Shown piece by piece: positions 9,968 to 19,398 of a stretch of DNA of 64,000 bases. How positions within the stretch are numbered: the stretch's first letter is position 1; every line of letters starts with the position of its first letter. A program made the position numbers and the translations under genes. Location: IMG/VR virus record IMGVR_UViG_3300028840_006985, one strand, 5' to 3'. The DNA comes from a virus. Its lineage: Duplodnaviria > Heunggongvirae > Uroviricota > Caudoviricetes. Under the pieces are notes generated by a model. It was given only the letters and a program-made list of their open reading frames with translations, was not told the DNA's origin and made no database searches.

Positions 9968-9970
9968 ATA

Positions 9971-10222
9971 TTACTCCACTATTTCTAACAGAAAGTCAAA
10001 CCTTAACTTTACCGGATATTCTTTGTCACAATTTTCGCAATAAATACCCGTTTTATATATTTTTCCCGATACAGGATACATAAGATATTCATCGTTAAAG
10101 TTTTTAATTAATTTAGCTTTACATTTCTCACACGTTTTATGAATTTCATAAGGTAAGTATTGTCTTTTTGGTCCTTCAATAGCGATTGGCAATTTTACAA
10201 GTTTCAATGTTTTTCCTTTCAA
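9971..10222 (-). CDS. small zinc-ribbon protein
   Basis: CEKC...CENC, 83 aa, first gene of leftward cluster. Confidence 0.6.
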   Translation of the reverse strand: MKGKTLKLVKLPIAIEGPKRQYLPYEIHKTCEKCKAKLIKNFNDEYLMYPVSGKIYKTGIYCENCDKEYPVKLRFDFLLEIVE

Positions 10223-10229
10223 AGTTTTT

Positions 10230-10259
10230 TTAATATCACATGTAAAATTTAAAAGTCAA
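10230..10259 (-). promoter_or_regulatory. sigma70-type promoter for leftward cluster
   Basis: Minus strand TTGACT, 17-18 nt, then ATATTA/TATTAA, just upstream of the 10222 start. Confidence 0.45.
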
Positions 10260-10298
10260 TTTTTTTTTAGAAGTAATATTAAAACAGCTATTTAACAA

Positions 10299-11141
10299 TT
10301 GTCCTATACTAATAGAATAGTGATCAAAGTTTCTAAGTCAAAAAAAAATAGTCAAAGTGCTAAAATTTTAAGAGAGTTTTCTAAACGACTTAAATATGCA
10401 ATGGATCGTTCATTAGATATTGTTGCTGATAATGGACATAATTATTTGTTAGGCAGAATACCAAATATTAAAGAAAATGATGATTATCGTGATAGCTTAA
10501 CAGTAAAAAAGGTTGACTTAGCTAATAAGGAAGAATCTGCTGTTACAATCATGGCAGACACTTCTATATTAGAGCAAAAAACAGTCCGAGATATTCACCA
10601 GCATGAAGATATCATCTATATACAGATTAAAGGTAAGAATCTTGAAAGGGATAGATGCTTAGACATGTTGGAGTCTCTTAGTCCGTGGACGTTAGATACT
10701 ATACCGTTTTTTCCAGACGAAAAAGATGCATTAATTATTTACAGAAGAGTGACAGAGAGAGAGATAGGATTAATTAAAAAAACAAAAATAGATCAATTGC
10801 CTTATATTAATAATATGCTTAAATTGTGTGGTATTACTCCAAATAGAACTTTTAAAGGTAAAAATTTGGATATGAAAGAAAATGAACGAAAAGTTATACC
10901 TGATTTTGCATTTAATGCGCTTAGGATGGAATTTGGGCTAGGGACAGAAGCAAAGCCACACTGGCGGCCGATGGTTATTAAGGCAAGGAATGATAAAAAA
11001 ATAATTGTTAAAGATAAAAAAATTAACAAAGCACTTACTAATCCAAAAAGTCAAGAATGGAAAAAAGGAAGTGTTTCACGAGATAATATAACAATAAACG
11101 ATTTATTGTTATTAACTAACTTTCAGGACAAGGTGAAATGA
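10299..11141 (+). CDS. hypothetical virion morphogenesis protein (possible neck/tail completion)
   Basis: 280 aa, first gene of rightward operon leading to sheath; position only. Confidence 0.5.
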   Translation: MSYTNRIVIKVSKSKKNSQSAKILREFSKRLKYAMDRSLDIVADNGHNYLLGRIPNIKENDDYRDSLTVKKVDLANKEESAVTIMADTSILEQKTVRDIHQHEDIIYIQIKGKNLERDRCLDMLESLSPWTLDTIPFFPDEKDALIIYRRVTEREIGLIKKTKIDQLPYINNMLKLCGITPNRTFKGKNLDMKENERKVIPDFAFNALRMEFGLGTEAKPHWRPMVIKARNDKKIIVKDKKINKALTNPKSQEWKKGSVSRDNITINDLLLLTNFQDKVK

Positions 11142-11542
11142 ATATTAATAGTATTAATAATTCACTACAAAAACAACTTATCAAGATTATTATTGAAAGT
11201 AATAATAGTGATAATGTTACAGTTGCTAAAGCTGTTTTAAATGACATAGCACATGAATTATGTAATCCGGTTTATAATATTGAAGGAATTGAAGGCGGGG
11301 CTATCGGTATTTTTGGTTTTGAGGAAATGAAAAGTGATTCTAGCGTTATTAAAGATAGCGTAAATGTAAAAATAAAAGTAACTGCAGAAGATCTTTTTAT
11401 TGATATTTTACAAAGTGGAAAAGTTTTAGATTCATTTGCTACATCAAGAGAGATAGGTAATTATAGTGCTTTAATTACAGATATTGTTAAATCTGTACAA
11501 AAAATCAAACCAGAAAGCAACAATTTGTTTCAAGTTGTATAA
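11138..11542 (+). CDS. hypothetical protein
   Basis: 134-aa ORF with ATGA overlap. Confidence 0.6.
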   Translation: MNINSINNSLQKQLIKIIIESNNSDNVTVAKAVLNDIAHELCNPVYNIEGIEGGAIGIFGFEEMKSDSSVIKDSVNVKIKVTAEDLFIDILQSGKVLDSFATSREIGNYSALITDIVKSVQKIKPESNNLFQVV

Positions 11543-11595
11543 AAAATAGAAGTACCCCACCGACGTTTTTATAAATAATATTCTATAATTATATT

Positions 11596-12324
11596 ATGAA
11601 CGACACTCCTACAGGGCAAGTGTGGATCGAAGATTTTGATCGCGGCGTCATTGTAACGATGGGCGGACAAATTTTAGATTGGTCATTAGATGGTAATGAT
11701 CAGTCTAATTATATAATTCCATTGGCCAATTTTAGCAATTTAACTAGTGCTGATATGCCAGTTGACCTTAATGGAATAAGTGCCCCAGGTGTGCCAATAA
11801 CATTTAATAATCCATCAGGGATTTATGAGGATCATGTTTTACCTTCAATAGAAGTATCTCGCAATGACGAATTTAGTGTTGCATTAAACAGATGGACACC
11901 TTGCACATTAGCTTATAGGGCACCAGCTACAGGAGCAGTAGCAAAACAGGTTACATTGCCATCAGGGACCGTAGTAGACGGTTATGATAAATATGAGACA
12001 CAACAAAGTGCTTGGCCATACGATGTTATTTATACGATAAATATTAAGGCTAAATATAGAAGGGTTGCACAAGAAATACTTTCTAAAATTGTAAGGATTT
12101 ATCAACCTTATAGTTTAATTAATGTTATAGATTCTTTGTCTGAAACTAGAACTTATAGTGCTTACAATGAAGGGTTTGTTGATACTAGTGAAATATTAGC
12201 AATTGACGATAGAATAATTTCCTGGTCTCTTACCTTACGTGTAGAAGCAGAAATTGATATGAATGATCCAGTTGAGCATAAAGCGGTATTTCAATTACCA
12301 GAAATTAATTTTATTCAAAAATAA
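11596..12324 (+). CDS. putative tail terminator / sheath stabiliser (T4 gp15-like)
   Basis: IEDFDRGV, VPITF, LPSIEVSR, PYDVIYTINI, SLTLRVEAEID; position before sheath. Confidence 0.6.
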   Translation: MNDTPTGQVWIEDFDRGVIVTMGGQILDWSLDGNDQSNYIIPLANFSNLTSADMPVDLNGISAPGVPITFNNPSGIYEDHVLPSIEVSRNDEFSVALNRWTPCTLAYRAPATGAVAKQVTLPSGTVVDGYDKYETQQSAWPYDVIYTINIKAKYRRVAQEILSKIVRIYQPYSLINVIDSLSETRTYSAYNEGFVDTSEILAIDDRIISWSLTLRVEAEIDMNDPVEHKAVFQLPEINFIQK

Positions 12325-12338
12325 TAGGATTTTTTAAA

Positions 12339-12875
12339 ATGAAGGTATTTGCTAATACAAGAAATTTTTCAATATCTATTTTACTTCCAGATATATCTAT
12401 ATCTCATATTCGTGCTCATTCTAAATTTGAATTGGATGAAAAATATCTTAACCATCCTAATGTGGTTAGAATGATTAATAATGGATGGATTAAGGAAATT
12501 CCACAAAAAATTATTGAAAAATTACCTGAACGAAAAAAATTAGAAATAAAACCTAAAAAAGAAAATAAACAGCCTCAAGATAAGGTGAAAGAACAACCTA
12601 TTAAACATGAGGAAAAAATAGAAGAAGAGTCTGTCAAGGTTGATACAATAATAATACATCCTATTCGAGAAATAGACGAAGAAATTATCCTAGGTATAGA
12701 CGAGCAAGATAAGATACCTGACAGTTTCAATTCTAATGAAAATGAGGTTTTGATAGAAACATCTTTTCCGAACTGTGATGAAAATATTGTTTTAGAGGAA
12801 ACATTTAAAGAACCGGAAAAGAAAAAATCTAAAAGAAAAAAGAGAAAATATAAATTAAACGAAGATAAAACTTAA
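12339..12875 (+). CDS. hypothetical protein, charged C-terminus
   Basis: 178-aa ORF between terminator and sheath. Confidence 0.55.
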   Translation: MKVFANTRNFSISILLPDISISHIRAHSKFELDEKYLNHPNVVRMINNGWIKEIPQKIIEKLPERKKLEIKPKKENKQPQDKVKEQPIKHEEKIEEESVKVDTIIIHPIREIDEEIILGIDEQDKIPDSFNSNENEVLIETSFPNCDENIVLEETFKEPEKKKSKRKKRKYKLNEDKT

Positions 12876-12887
12876 TGGAGGAATAAA

Positions 12888-15434
12888 ATGGCTTCTTATT
12901 CAAGTGCTGGAATTTATGTAGAAGAAAAAAGTGCAGGGCCAGGCGCAATTGGTCCTGTTTCTACAGCAAATATGGCCACGGTTGGATTTACCCCACGTGG
13001 GCCAGAAAATGAGGCTACATTAGTTACTAGTTTAGAAGAATATTTCCGGGTTTTCGGTAACCATTGGAATGAATCCTTAATTAGTTTCGGAGTAACAGCA
13101 TTTTTTAAAAACGGTGGAACTAGCGCATACATTGTTAGGGTAACCCCCAGCGACGCAGTTGCGTCTAGTTGCGGACATAATACCTCTGCAACAGCCGCAG
13201 AGGAAACATGCAGGTTACATTCTACTGCTACTGATGGAATAACTAATCTGGGTGCTAGCAATTATAATATTGCTGTATCAATTGATAATAGTGATCCTAA
13301 AGAAATAGATGTTACTGGAGATTTAGGCGCCTCTAGTCCTTATACTCTTTCTGATTTAGTATCTACTATTAATACAGAATGGAATAAGGCACAATTTCTT
13401 GGCGCTGCTGTAACAGATCCTATTCTTACCCTTGATGGAACCCATTATAATATCAATCTGGACATTGACGGCGGTGGAGCCGCCGATATTGATGTTACTG
13501 GCGATAATGGTGTAGCCGGCACTTATGCCTTATCGGCAATTGCAGGAAATATTAACACTGCAGTTGGATCGACTGTTTGTTATGTAACAGGAACTAAACT
13601 TCTCTTTAAAGCTGGAACCAGTATTGTTTTTGCTGCTCCATCCGCAAATGATTGTACTAATTTGCTTACTGGGCTTGACGAAGGAGCTTATCCTCACAGT
13701 TATGCAAGCAATACAGACACTATTTGTTCTATAGATACTGATGTTTCTTTTCAAGGAAGATTAGTTTTTACATCACCAACCACGGGATTAACTTCAGAGG
13801 TTGAATTTTCTGCACCGACAGTTAATGATTGTACTGAACTTTTACTTGGACTTGACGAAGCATCCTATCCTCATACTTACAAAGGTACGGACTTAAAAGA
13901 ATATTGGGACGTTGTCGCAAGCAGCAAAGGCGTATGGGGTGATGGTCTTCGTGCTGAAATCGAACCTAACGAGAATTATTTTGATGCTACAACTGGAGCT
14001 TATACCAAGTTTGATTATATTGTTTATGAAAAGGACTCAAGTGGTACTTATGTGGAAGAGGAAAGGTATGAATCAGTATCTATCTCTGATAATACTGACG
14101 CAAGGTATTTGCCAAGTGTAGTAAATGATGAATCGTCATTAATAGAATTAACTGTCGACACTGACGGTCCGGCCATTATGGAAGCTTTAGCTCCTATAAG
14201 TAAAAGTTTGTTTAGTATTGGTTATGGTACAGGTGCGTTAGCAGCTTTTACTGCTACATTGTCAGTTCCTACTGGTTATGAAGTTTTACCAGGATCACTA
14301 ACTGTCCATATTGACGGAGGGGCATCATTAGGTGCTGACACTGACGCTGGTGACGGAACTGGAACTATTGATGGAGGCACTATTGATAATACAGCTTCCA
14401 CTATAAATTATACAACTGGGGCTGTTACAGTAACTTTTGACGGTGGCAGCGAACCAGCAGCTGACGCAAATGTTCAAATCACATATATTCTAACTCCAAA
14501 TGGGACGGTTTATTGTGATTTGGCAAGTGGTTCAGATGGAACAACTAGTCTTATTACAAGAACTACCACGACTGCACCTGCGTTAGAGGCTACCAAGTCT
14601 GGAATGTATGCCTTAAACGATGTTGAAGACTCTTTTCAGTTAGCCATTCCGGATTTTTGCTACGATCCAACATCGTTGGACGATCAAATTAGTTATGCAG
14701 AAGGCCGAGAAGATGTATTTGTAATCGGATCGGTCCCAGAAAATAATTCAGCCACTAATGCGGCAAAATGGAATCGACAAACTTTAAATAAAAACACTAG
14801 TTATCTTGCTATTTATAGTCCGTGGATTAAAATTGCTGATCCTTTAAATGAAGGTCGAGCTAAGTTAATGCCTAGCTGTGGTCACGTAGCAGGGGTTTAT
14901 GCTAGGACAGATAATAATGTCAACGTTGGAAAAGCCCCAGCGGGTATTACTGATGGAGCTTTAAATTATTGTATTGGTCTCGAGTCACGGTTCAGCAAAG
15001 GTGAACGAGATGTATTATATCAAGCCCGCGTTAATCCATTGGTAGATTCTCCTTATACGGGACGAGCTGTATGGGGCGCCCGGACGGTATCATTAGATTC
15101 TGAATGGAGATATATTCAGGCTCGACGATTATTTATTTTCTGCAAGAAATCAACTTTTAATGATACTCATTGGGCAGTATTTGAAAATAATGATGAATTA
15201 CTTTGGTCTCGTATTAAATTACAACTTACAGGTTTCTTAAGTAATTTATATAATGACGGTTATTTTAAAGGAGCAACTCCATCAGAGGCTTTTGAAGTAA
15301 TTGTTGATTCAAGCAATAATACTCAGGCTCAAATTGATGCAGGTCTTGTAACAGTAGATGTTGGAATTGCACCTAATAAGCCAGGGGAATTTGTAAGATT
15401 TAGATTTAGCCAAAAAACAGCAAATGCAGTTTAA
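12888..15434 (+). CDS. tail sheath protein with inserted domains
   Basis: YSSAGIYVEE, VGFTPRGP, YSPWI, GHVAGVYARTD, KAPAG, VWGART, WRYIQARRL, PGEFVRFRFSQ. Confidence 0.95.
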   Translation: MASYSSAGIYVEEKSAGPGAIGPVSTANMATVGFTPRGPENEATLVTSLEEYFRVFGNHWNESLISFGVTAFFKNGGTSAYIVRVTPSDAVASSCGHNTSATAAEETCRLHSTATDGITNLGASNYNIAVSIDNSDPKEIDVTGDLGASSPYTLSDLVSTINTEWNKAQFLGAAVTDPILTLDGTHYNINLDIDGGGAADIDVTGDNGVAGTYALSAIAGNINTAVGSTVCYVTGTKLLFKAGTSIVFAAPSANDCTNLLTGLDEGAYPHSYASNTDTICSIDTDVSFQGRLVFTSPTTGLTSEVEFSAPTVNDCTELLLGLDEASYPHTYKGTDLKEYWDVVASSKGVWGDGLRAEIEPNENYFDATTGAYTKFDYIVYEKDSSGTYVEEERYESVSISDNTDARYLPSVVNDESSLIELTVDTDGPAIMEALAPISKSLFSIGYGTGALAAFTATLSVPTGYEVLPGSLTVHIDGGASLGADTDAGDGTGTIDGGTIDNTASTINYTTGAVTVTFDGGSEPAADANVQITYILTPNGTVYCDLASGSDGTTSLITRTTTTAPALEATKSGMYALNDVEDSFQLAIPDFCYDPTSLDDQISYAEGREDVFVIGSVPENNSATNAAKWNRQTLNKNTSYLAIYSPWIKIADPLNEGRAKLMPSCGHVAGVYARTDNNVNVGKAPAGITDGALNYCIGLESRFSKGERDVLYQARVNPLVDSPYTGRAVWGARTVSLDSEWRYIQARRLFIFCKKSTFNDTHWAVFENNDELLWSRIKLQLTGFLSNLYNDGYFKGATPSEAFEVIVDSSNNTQAQIDAGLVTVDVGIAPNKPGEFVRFRFSQKTANAV

Positions 15435-15446
15435 TTAAAAAATAGT

Positions 15447-15489
15447 AAAATATGGGTCTTGCAATAAAATATTGCAGGGCTCATATTTT
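15447..15489 (+). terminator. stem-loop downstream of sheath gene
   Basis: AAAATATGGGTCTTGCAATA / TATTGCAGGGCTCATATTTT inverted repeat with G-U pairs. Confidence 0.65.
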
Positions 15490-15515
15490 GATTTCTTCTA
15501 AAATTATGTTATTAT
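15488..15515 (+). promoter_or_regulatory. putative promoter TTGATT-16-TATTAT (extended -10)
   Basis: Same TTGATT...TTATGTTATT pattern as 42569; lies upstream of the tube gene. Confidence 0.4.
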
Positions 15516-15553
15516 TATATAAGTTTTCCATTTTAAATGGAGGAGGACATTAA

Positions 15554-16063
15554 ATGGCACGAGAAATGGCAAAAGACTATTTACAGTCTATGAAGTATCA
15601 TATTGTTGGTGTTCCTACTAATGGTAATACTTTTCCGATAACTTCAGCAGGATTTAGCGCAGTCACTATTCCTGAAATGACGGCTGAAGTTGCAGAATAC
15701 AGGGAAGGATTAACTAAATTTACAATCAAACAAGGCGGTATTCCGGCAGTTTCAGACGTTACCCTTTCGAAGGGTGTGGTAAAGGGTGAATCAGATTTTT
15801 GTAAATGGATGCTTGATTTTATAAGTGGTAACGAATATAGATACGATTTTACAATTCATCATTTACACAGAGATGATTTTGCAGAAGAAACACCTTTTGG
15901 AACTGTAAAGTATGAAATTAAAAATGCTATTCCTATTCGAGTAAAACCAGGAGGCGATCTAGATGCATCTACATCTGATATTAGTATTCGAGAAATGGAT
16001 ATTGCTTGCGAATGGTTTGATATAGAAAATACTTCAGCAGCTGATTACAAATTTGCTCCATAA
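15554..16063 (+). CDS. tail tube protein (T4 gp19 family)
   Basis: AGFSAVTIPEMTAEVAEYREG, VTLSKGV, GGDLDASTSDISIREMDI; GGAGG RBS. Confidence 0.92.
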   Translation: MAREMAKDYLQSMKYHIVGVPTNGNTFPITSAGFSAVTIPEMTAEVAEYREGLTKFTIKQGGIPAVSDVTLSKGVVKGESDFCKWMLDFISGNEYRYDFTIHHLHRDDFAEETPFGTVKYEIKNAIPIRVKPGGDLDASTSDISIREMDIACEWFDIENTSAADYKFAP

Positions 16064-16066
16064 TTA

Positions 16067-16111
16067 ATTAATGGCAAGACATTCCGCACTTGATATTTTA
16101 CCAGCGTTCAG
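16067..16111 (+). repeat. 45-bp direct repeat copy 1 (duplicated 5' end of tube gene 2; 17-codon stub 16071..16124)
   Basis: Matches 16839..16883 with one synonymous mismatch (TCC/TCT). Confidence 0.9.
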
Positions 16112-16162
16112 GTTGATACAGTAATCATTTCCTATATTTCTTCCGCGAGTAGGATTTAATTA

Positions 16163-16819
16163 ATGAATATTAGAAAAATAAATTATTGGTTATTAAAAAA
16201 AATCAACTTATTAAACGAAGATAGTGCATTACCTCCTGAATTTCAAGGATTCGGATTTGATATTGACGATGAACTGGTTAAATCATGGGATGATGATTTG
16301 GTTAAAAAATATGGATTACCTCGCTCGATTGATCCTTCTCAAGTTATAAAAAAGAAAATTAGCGGCATTAATTATATAAAATATTATGAAAAAAAGAAAG
16401 AGGCTACTATTGTAGACGCTGTTTGGGCATTTAGAGCGCCAGTATCTTCTGAGGAACAAGCAAAAAAAATAGGTATTAGAGCACAAAAAGCCTTAAAAGG
16501 AATAAGAACCTTACCTTCTACAATTCCTACTCTTCATACTAGAGCACTTTATGTTGGATGGAACGATGAAGATTCAATAAGTTTAGTAAAATTACCACCA
16601 ATAAAACAATCTAAAGAATATTTTGCATTTGAAAAGGATATGTCTAAAAAGGATGCGCTCAATTATCTGTTAAAAAAAAGAAAGATAAAAAAATCCATGA
16701 TAAATGCATTACAAATAAGCGAACTAGAATTTGAATGGCTAGACAGTTTATCCAACAAGGAGTATAATCAAAATATAGATAAATATATTGAAATGTATAC
16801 AAGAAAGTGGAAATATTAA
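16163..16819 (+). CDS. hypothetical protein with MNI..INYWLL..I.LL.E leader (inserted gene)
   Basis: Leader nearly identical to that of 4036..5388; lies between 45-bp direct repeats. Confidence 0.7.
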   Translation: MNIRKINYWLLKKINLLNEDSALPPEFQGFGFDIDDELVKSWDDDLVKKYGLPRSIDPSQVIKKKISGINYIKYYEKKKEATIVDAVWAFRAPVSSEEQAKKIGIRAQKALKGIRTLPSTIPTLHTRALYVGWNDEDSISLVKLPPIKQSKEYFAFEKDMSKKDALNYLLKKRKIKKSMINALQISELEFEWLDSLSNKEYNQNIDKYIEMYTRKWKY

Positions 16820-16838
16820 CTATATTTTATAACATGTG

Positions 16839-16883
16839 ATTAATGGCAAGACATTCTGCACTTGATATTTTACCAGCGTTCAG
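16839..16883 (+). repeat. 45-bp direct repeat copy 2
   Basis: Covers the start of the intact 16843 gene. Confidence 0.9.
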
Positions 16884-17505
16884 ATTTCATCTTGTTGACG
16901 TAGCAACAACGATTGCATTTCCTGTATTTCTTCCACAAGCAGGGTTTAGTGAGATTACAGCTCCAGAAATAACTGCAGATATAGAAGAAATAAAAGAAGG
17001 CAATGCAATAGTCAAACGAAAGGTGATTACTGGCGCTTCCATGTCAACAATGACGTTGTCTAGGGGTGTTACATTCTTTGACAGCGATTTTTGGAGATGG
17101 TTTAGTAATGCTATATTAGGTCCTGAGCCGTCTTTACTTTCTCACCGTGTTAGAAGAAACCTAATGCTTTTACAATTTATGCATATTGGTGCAAGCACAA
17201 CAGCAGGAATAGCCATATCGGCTGGAGCTACGGCTTTTCTTGGTGGAGTAGCCGGCGGAGCCGGCGGTATTGCTGCCTTAGGAATTGCGGCTGGGGCGGT
17301 AACGTTAGCAGGTGGTATGTGGAGAGTGCCGGCCAAGGCGTGGATGCTTTGGAATTGTTTACCGTCAAGATGGAAGTCAGGGACAGATTTTAGCGCTAAT
17401 GACACAGCGGTATCTATTGCTGAGCTAGATATTGAGCCAGAATTAGTTGAAGAGTATTCCCTTACAACAACATTAGGCAGTTTGGCCGGTGGAGTATTAG
17501 GATAA
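16843..17505 (+). CDS. second gp19-like tail tube protein with Gly/Ala-rich hydrophobic insert
   Basis: AGFSEITAPEIT..I.EIKEGN, MTLSRGV, W.SGTDFSANDTAVSIAELDI. Confidence 0.85.
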   Translation: MARHSALDILPAFRFHLVDVATTIAFPVFLPQAGFSEITAPEITADIEEIKEGNAIVKRKVITGASMSTMTLSRGVTFFDSDFWRWFSNAILGPEPSLLSHRVRRNLMLLQFMHIGASTTAGIAISAGATAFLGGVAGGAGGIAALGIAAGAVTLAGGMWRVPAKAWMLWNCLPSRWKSGTDFSANDTAVSIAELDIEPELVEEYSLTTTLGSLAGGVLG

Positions 17506-17547
17506 TAATTCTCTAGATTTTCGTTCTAATTTCAAAAGGTTAAAAAA

Positions 17548-18453
17548 ATGTGGGAAGGATTTGAATTACAAAATGGCAACATTGAATGGAAGTATTATGA
17601 ATTATTTTCTTCAGGGATCAAGAAATATTTACGTTATAAATTTGGAATAAGTAATAAAAATTGGTATGTTATTGAATTTGATGAAGATGGTGAATATATA
17701 AAAGATGATATGGGCAGTGCTAAAAATATAGATGATTCTTTTAAGAAGGCTACTCAATTTTTAAAAAAACTTTCTAAGAAAATAAAACCACCAAACAAAA
17801 ATGAATATAAAAAAATACGTACCCCAGAAGAAAAAGCTAAATTTATAGCAAAAATTCGTACTCAGCAGAAATTCGAGTTACCAGAGGAAGGATATTATCC
17901 AGAGGTATTATTACCTCCTGATAATAATGAAAAAGGCGAAGAAGTTTATAACGGTATTGCTCATTATGAATCATCTAATACTCATAGATTTGTTTACTAT
18001 GTAGATGGTGAGGCTGCATCTGGATTAATGCTTAAAATTATAATTGCTAGAAAAAGTGCAACAATAGATAGAGTATATACTAAACCTAAACATAGAAGAA
18101 AAGGTTATGCTAAAAAGTTATTCAAATATGCAAAAGAGATTTATCATAAAATATATCATTCAATAGACTTAACGGGTGTTGGTGAAAAATGGAAACGCAA
18201 CGTGGGTGAAATATTTACAATAGGAAAAGAGATGGCATTAATTGACGAATTAAAAAAAATAGCTGAAACAATTACAACGGCAAATGTGCCGGGAGTAATT
18301 GCTCCAATGGTAACTATTAAGCGAATGCCAATCTTAGAGCCATTGGAAATTACTAAGGAAAAAATAGATAAAGTTAAGAAAAGAAAAAAATATCATCATA
18401 CTGCTGAATTTATTGATATTGAAGATTTATTAGATGGTTGTAATTGTGATTAG
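17548..18453 (+). CDS. GNAT acetyltransferase-domain protein (possibly fused to a 73-aa gene starting at 18232)
   Basis: IDRVYTKPKHRRKGYAKKL acetyl-CoA motif A; internal AGGAAAAGAG-ATG MALIDELKKIAE. Confidence 0.7.
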   Translation: MWEGFELQNGNIEWKYYELFSSGIKKYLRYKFGISNKNWYVIEFDEDGEYIKDDMGSAKNIDDSFKKATQFLKKLSKKIKPPNKNEYKKIRTPEEKAKFIAKIRTQQKFELPEEGYYPEVLLPPDNNEKGEEVYNGIAHYESSNTHRFVYYVDGEAASGLMLKIIIARKSATIDRVYTKPKHRRKGYAKKLFKYAKEIYHKIYHSIDLTGVGEKWKRNVGEIFTIGKEMALIDELKKIAETITTANVPGVIAPMVTIKRMPILEPLEITKEKIDKVKKRKKYHHTAEFIDIEDLLDGCNCD

Positions 18454-18487
18454 TGCAATTTGATTGCATTAAAATAATAATCATGCT

Positions 18488-19381
18488 TTACTGTGTCAAA
18501 ATTTTATTACAGATTTTAGATATTTCTTCAATAGCAGTTCTTTCTATTTTTTCCATATGAATTACTTCATCAAGATTTCCAAAGTAACATTCTAGACATT
18601 CAATTAATAATTTTTTTATTTTATCTTCTTGTGGACCATATGGCAAATCTGATTTATGATACACATTCTTAAGTTGTTCTTCTTTTTGTTCAAAATATCG
18701 AGTAATTTTTTCCTCTGTCCATTCTCCCCTTCTAATGGCTTTTAAAATCTCTCTGTCACGTTCAAGATTTAAATTTTTTTCTGTTAAGATTTGTTCAACC
18801 TCATTAATAAGTCTAACGACATGATAAGCAAATTTACAATCAAATCCATATTGTTGAATGTCTTTATATCTTTTTGAGTCCTGTTGAGGTCTTTTTGTTT
18901 TAATTTTATGAAGTTGACTATAAGCGTAACCTTTGAATTTATGCCAACAACCTCTGTGTAAAAATATTTTTCTATTTTCTCTAACAAGTTGGCCGACAGG
19001 GGAACAATAAATTACGCAACGTTGAGGAACAAAAAGAGCATCTACCATGTTGGGGTTATTTTCCATGCATAGTTGAAAGAACTTTACGATACTATATATT
19101 TGAAAATCATATTCTTTACCTTTTTTTTCATCTTTTACATGATGTTGTTGCCATTGTTCAAAACGATTAATTTGCTTTCCAAAGCCTAAAATTTCTCCTC
19201 TCAAATGAGGAAAAATCATATCTTTTTTAGGAATACAAAATCCATAGATGTCTGCATCGCTATCATCGGCGGCAACACCATAAGCAACTGATCCCATTAG
19301 GCAAAGATATTGCGTTGATTGAGGTAACCAAGGGGGTGGATTGATTAGTCGATCTCTAACAAGGTTTTTTAAAAGAAACAT
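18488..19381 (-). CDS. predicted nucleotidyltransferase (DNA pol-beta superfamily, RNA-repair type)
   Basis: GSVAYG...DSDADIYG, NPNMVDALF, FKGYAYSQL, KFAYHVVRL. Confidence 0.85.
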   Translation of the reverse strand: MFLLKNLVRDRLINPPPWLPQSTQYLCLMGSVAYGVAADDSDADIYGFCIPKKDMIFPHLRGEILGFGKQINRFEQWQQHHVKDEKKGKEYDFQIYSIVKFFQLCMENNPNMVDALFVPQRCVIYCSPVGQLVRENRKIFLHRGCWHKFKGYAYSQLHKIKTKRPQQDSKRYKDIQQYGFDCKFAYHVVRLINEVEQILTEKNLNLERDREILKAIRRGEWTEEKITRYFEQKEEQLKNVYHKSDLPYGPQEDKIKKLLIECLECYFGNLDEVIHMEKIERTAIEEISKICNKILTQ

Positions 19382-19398
19382 TATAAAAATACTATTTT

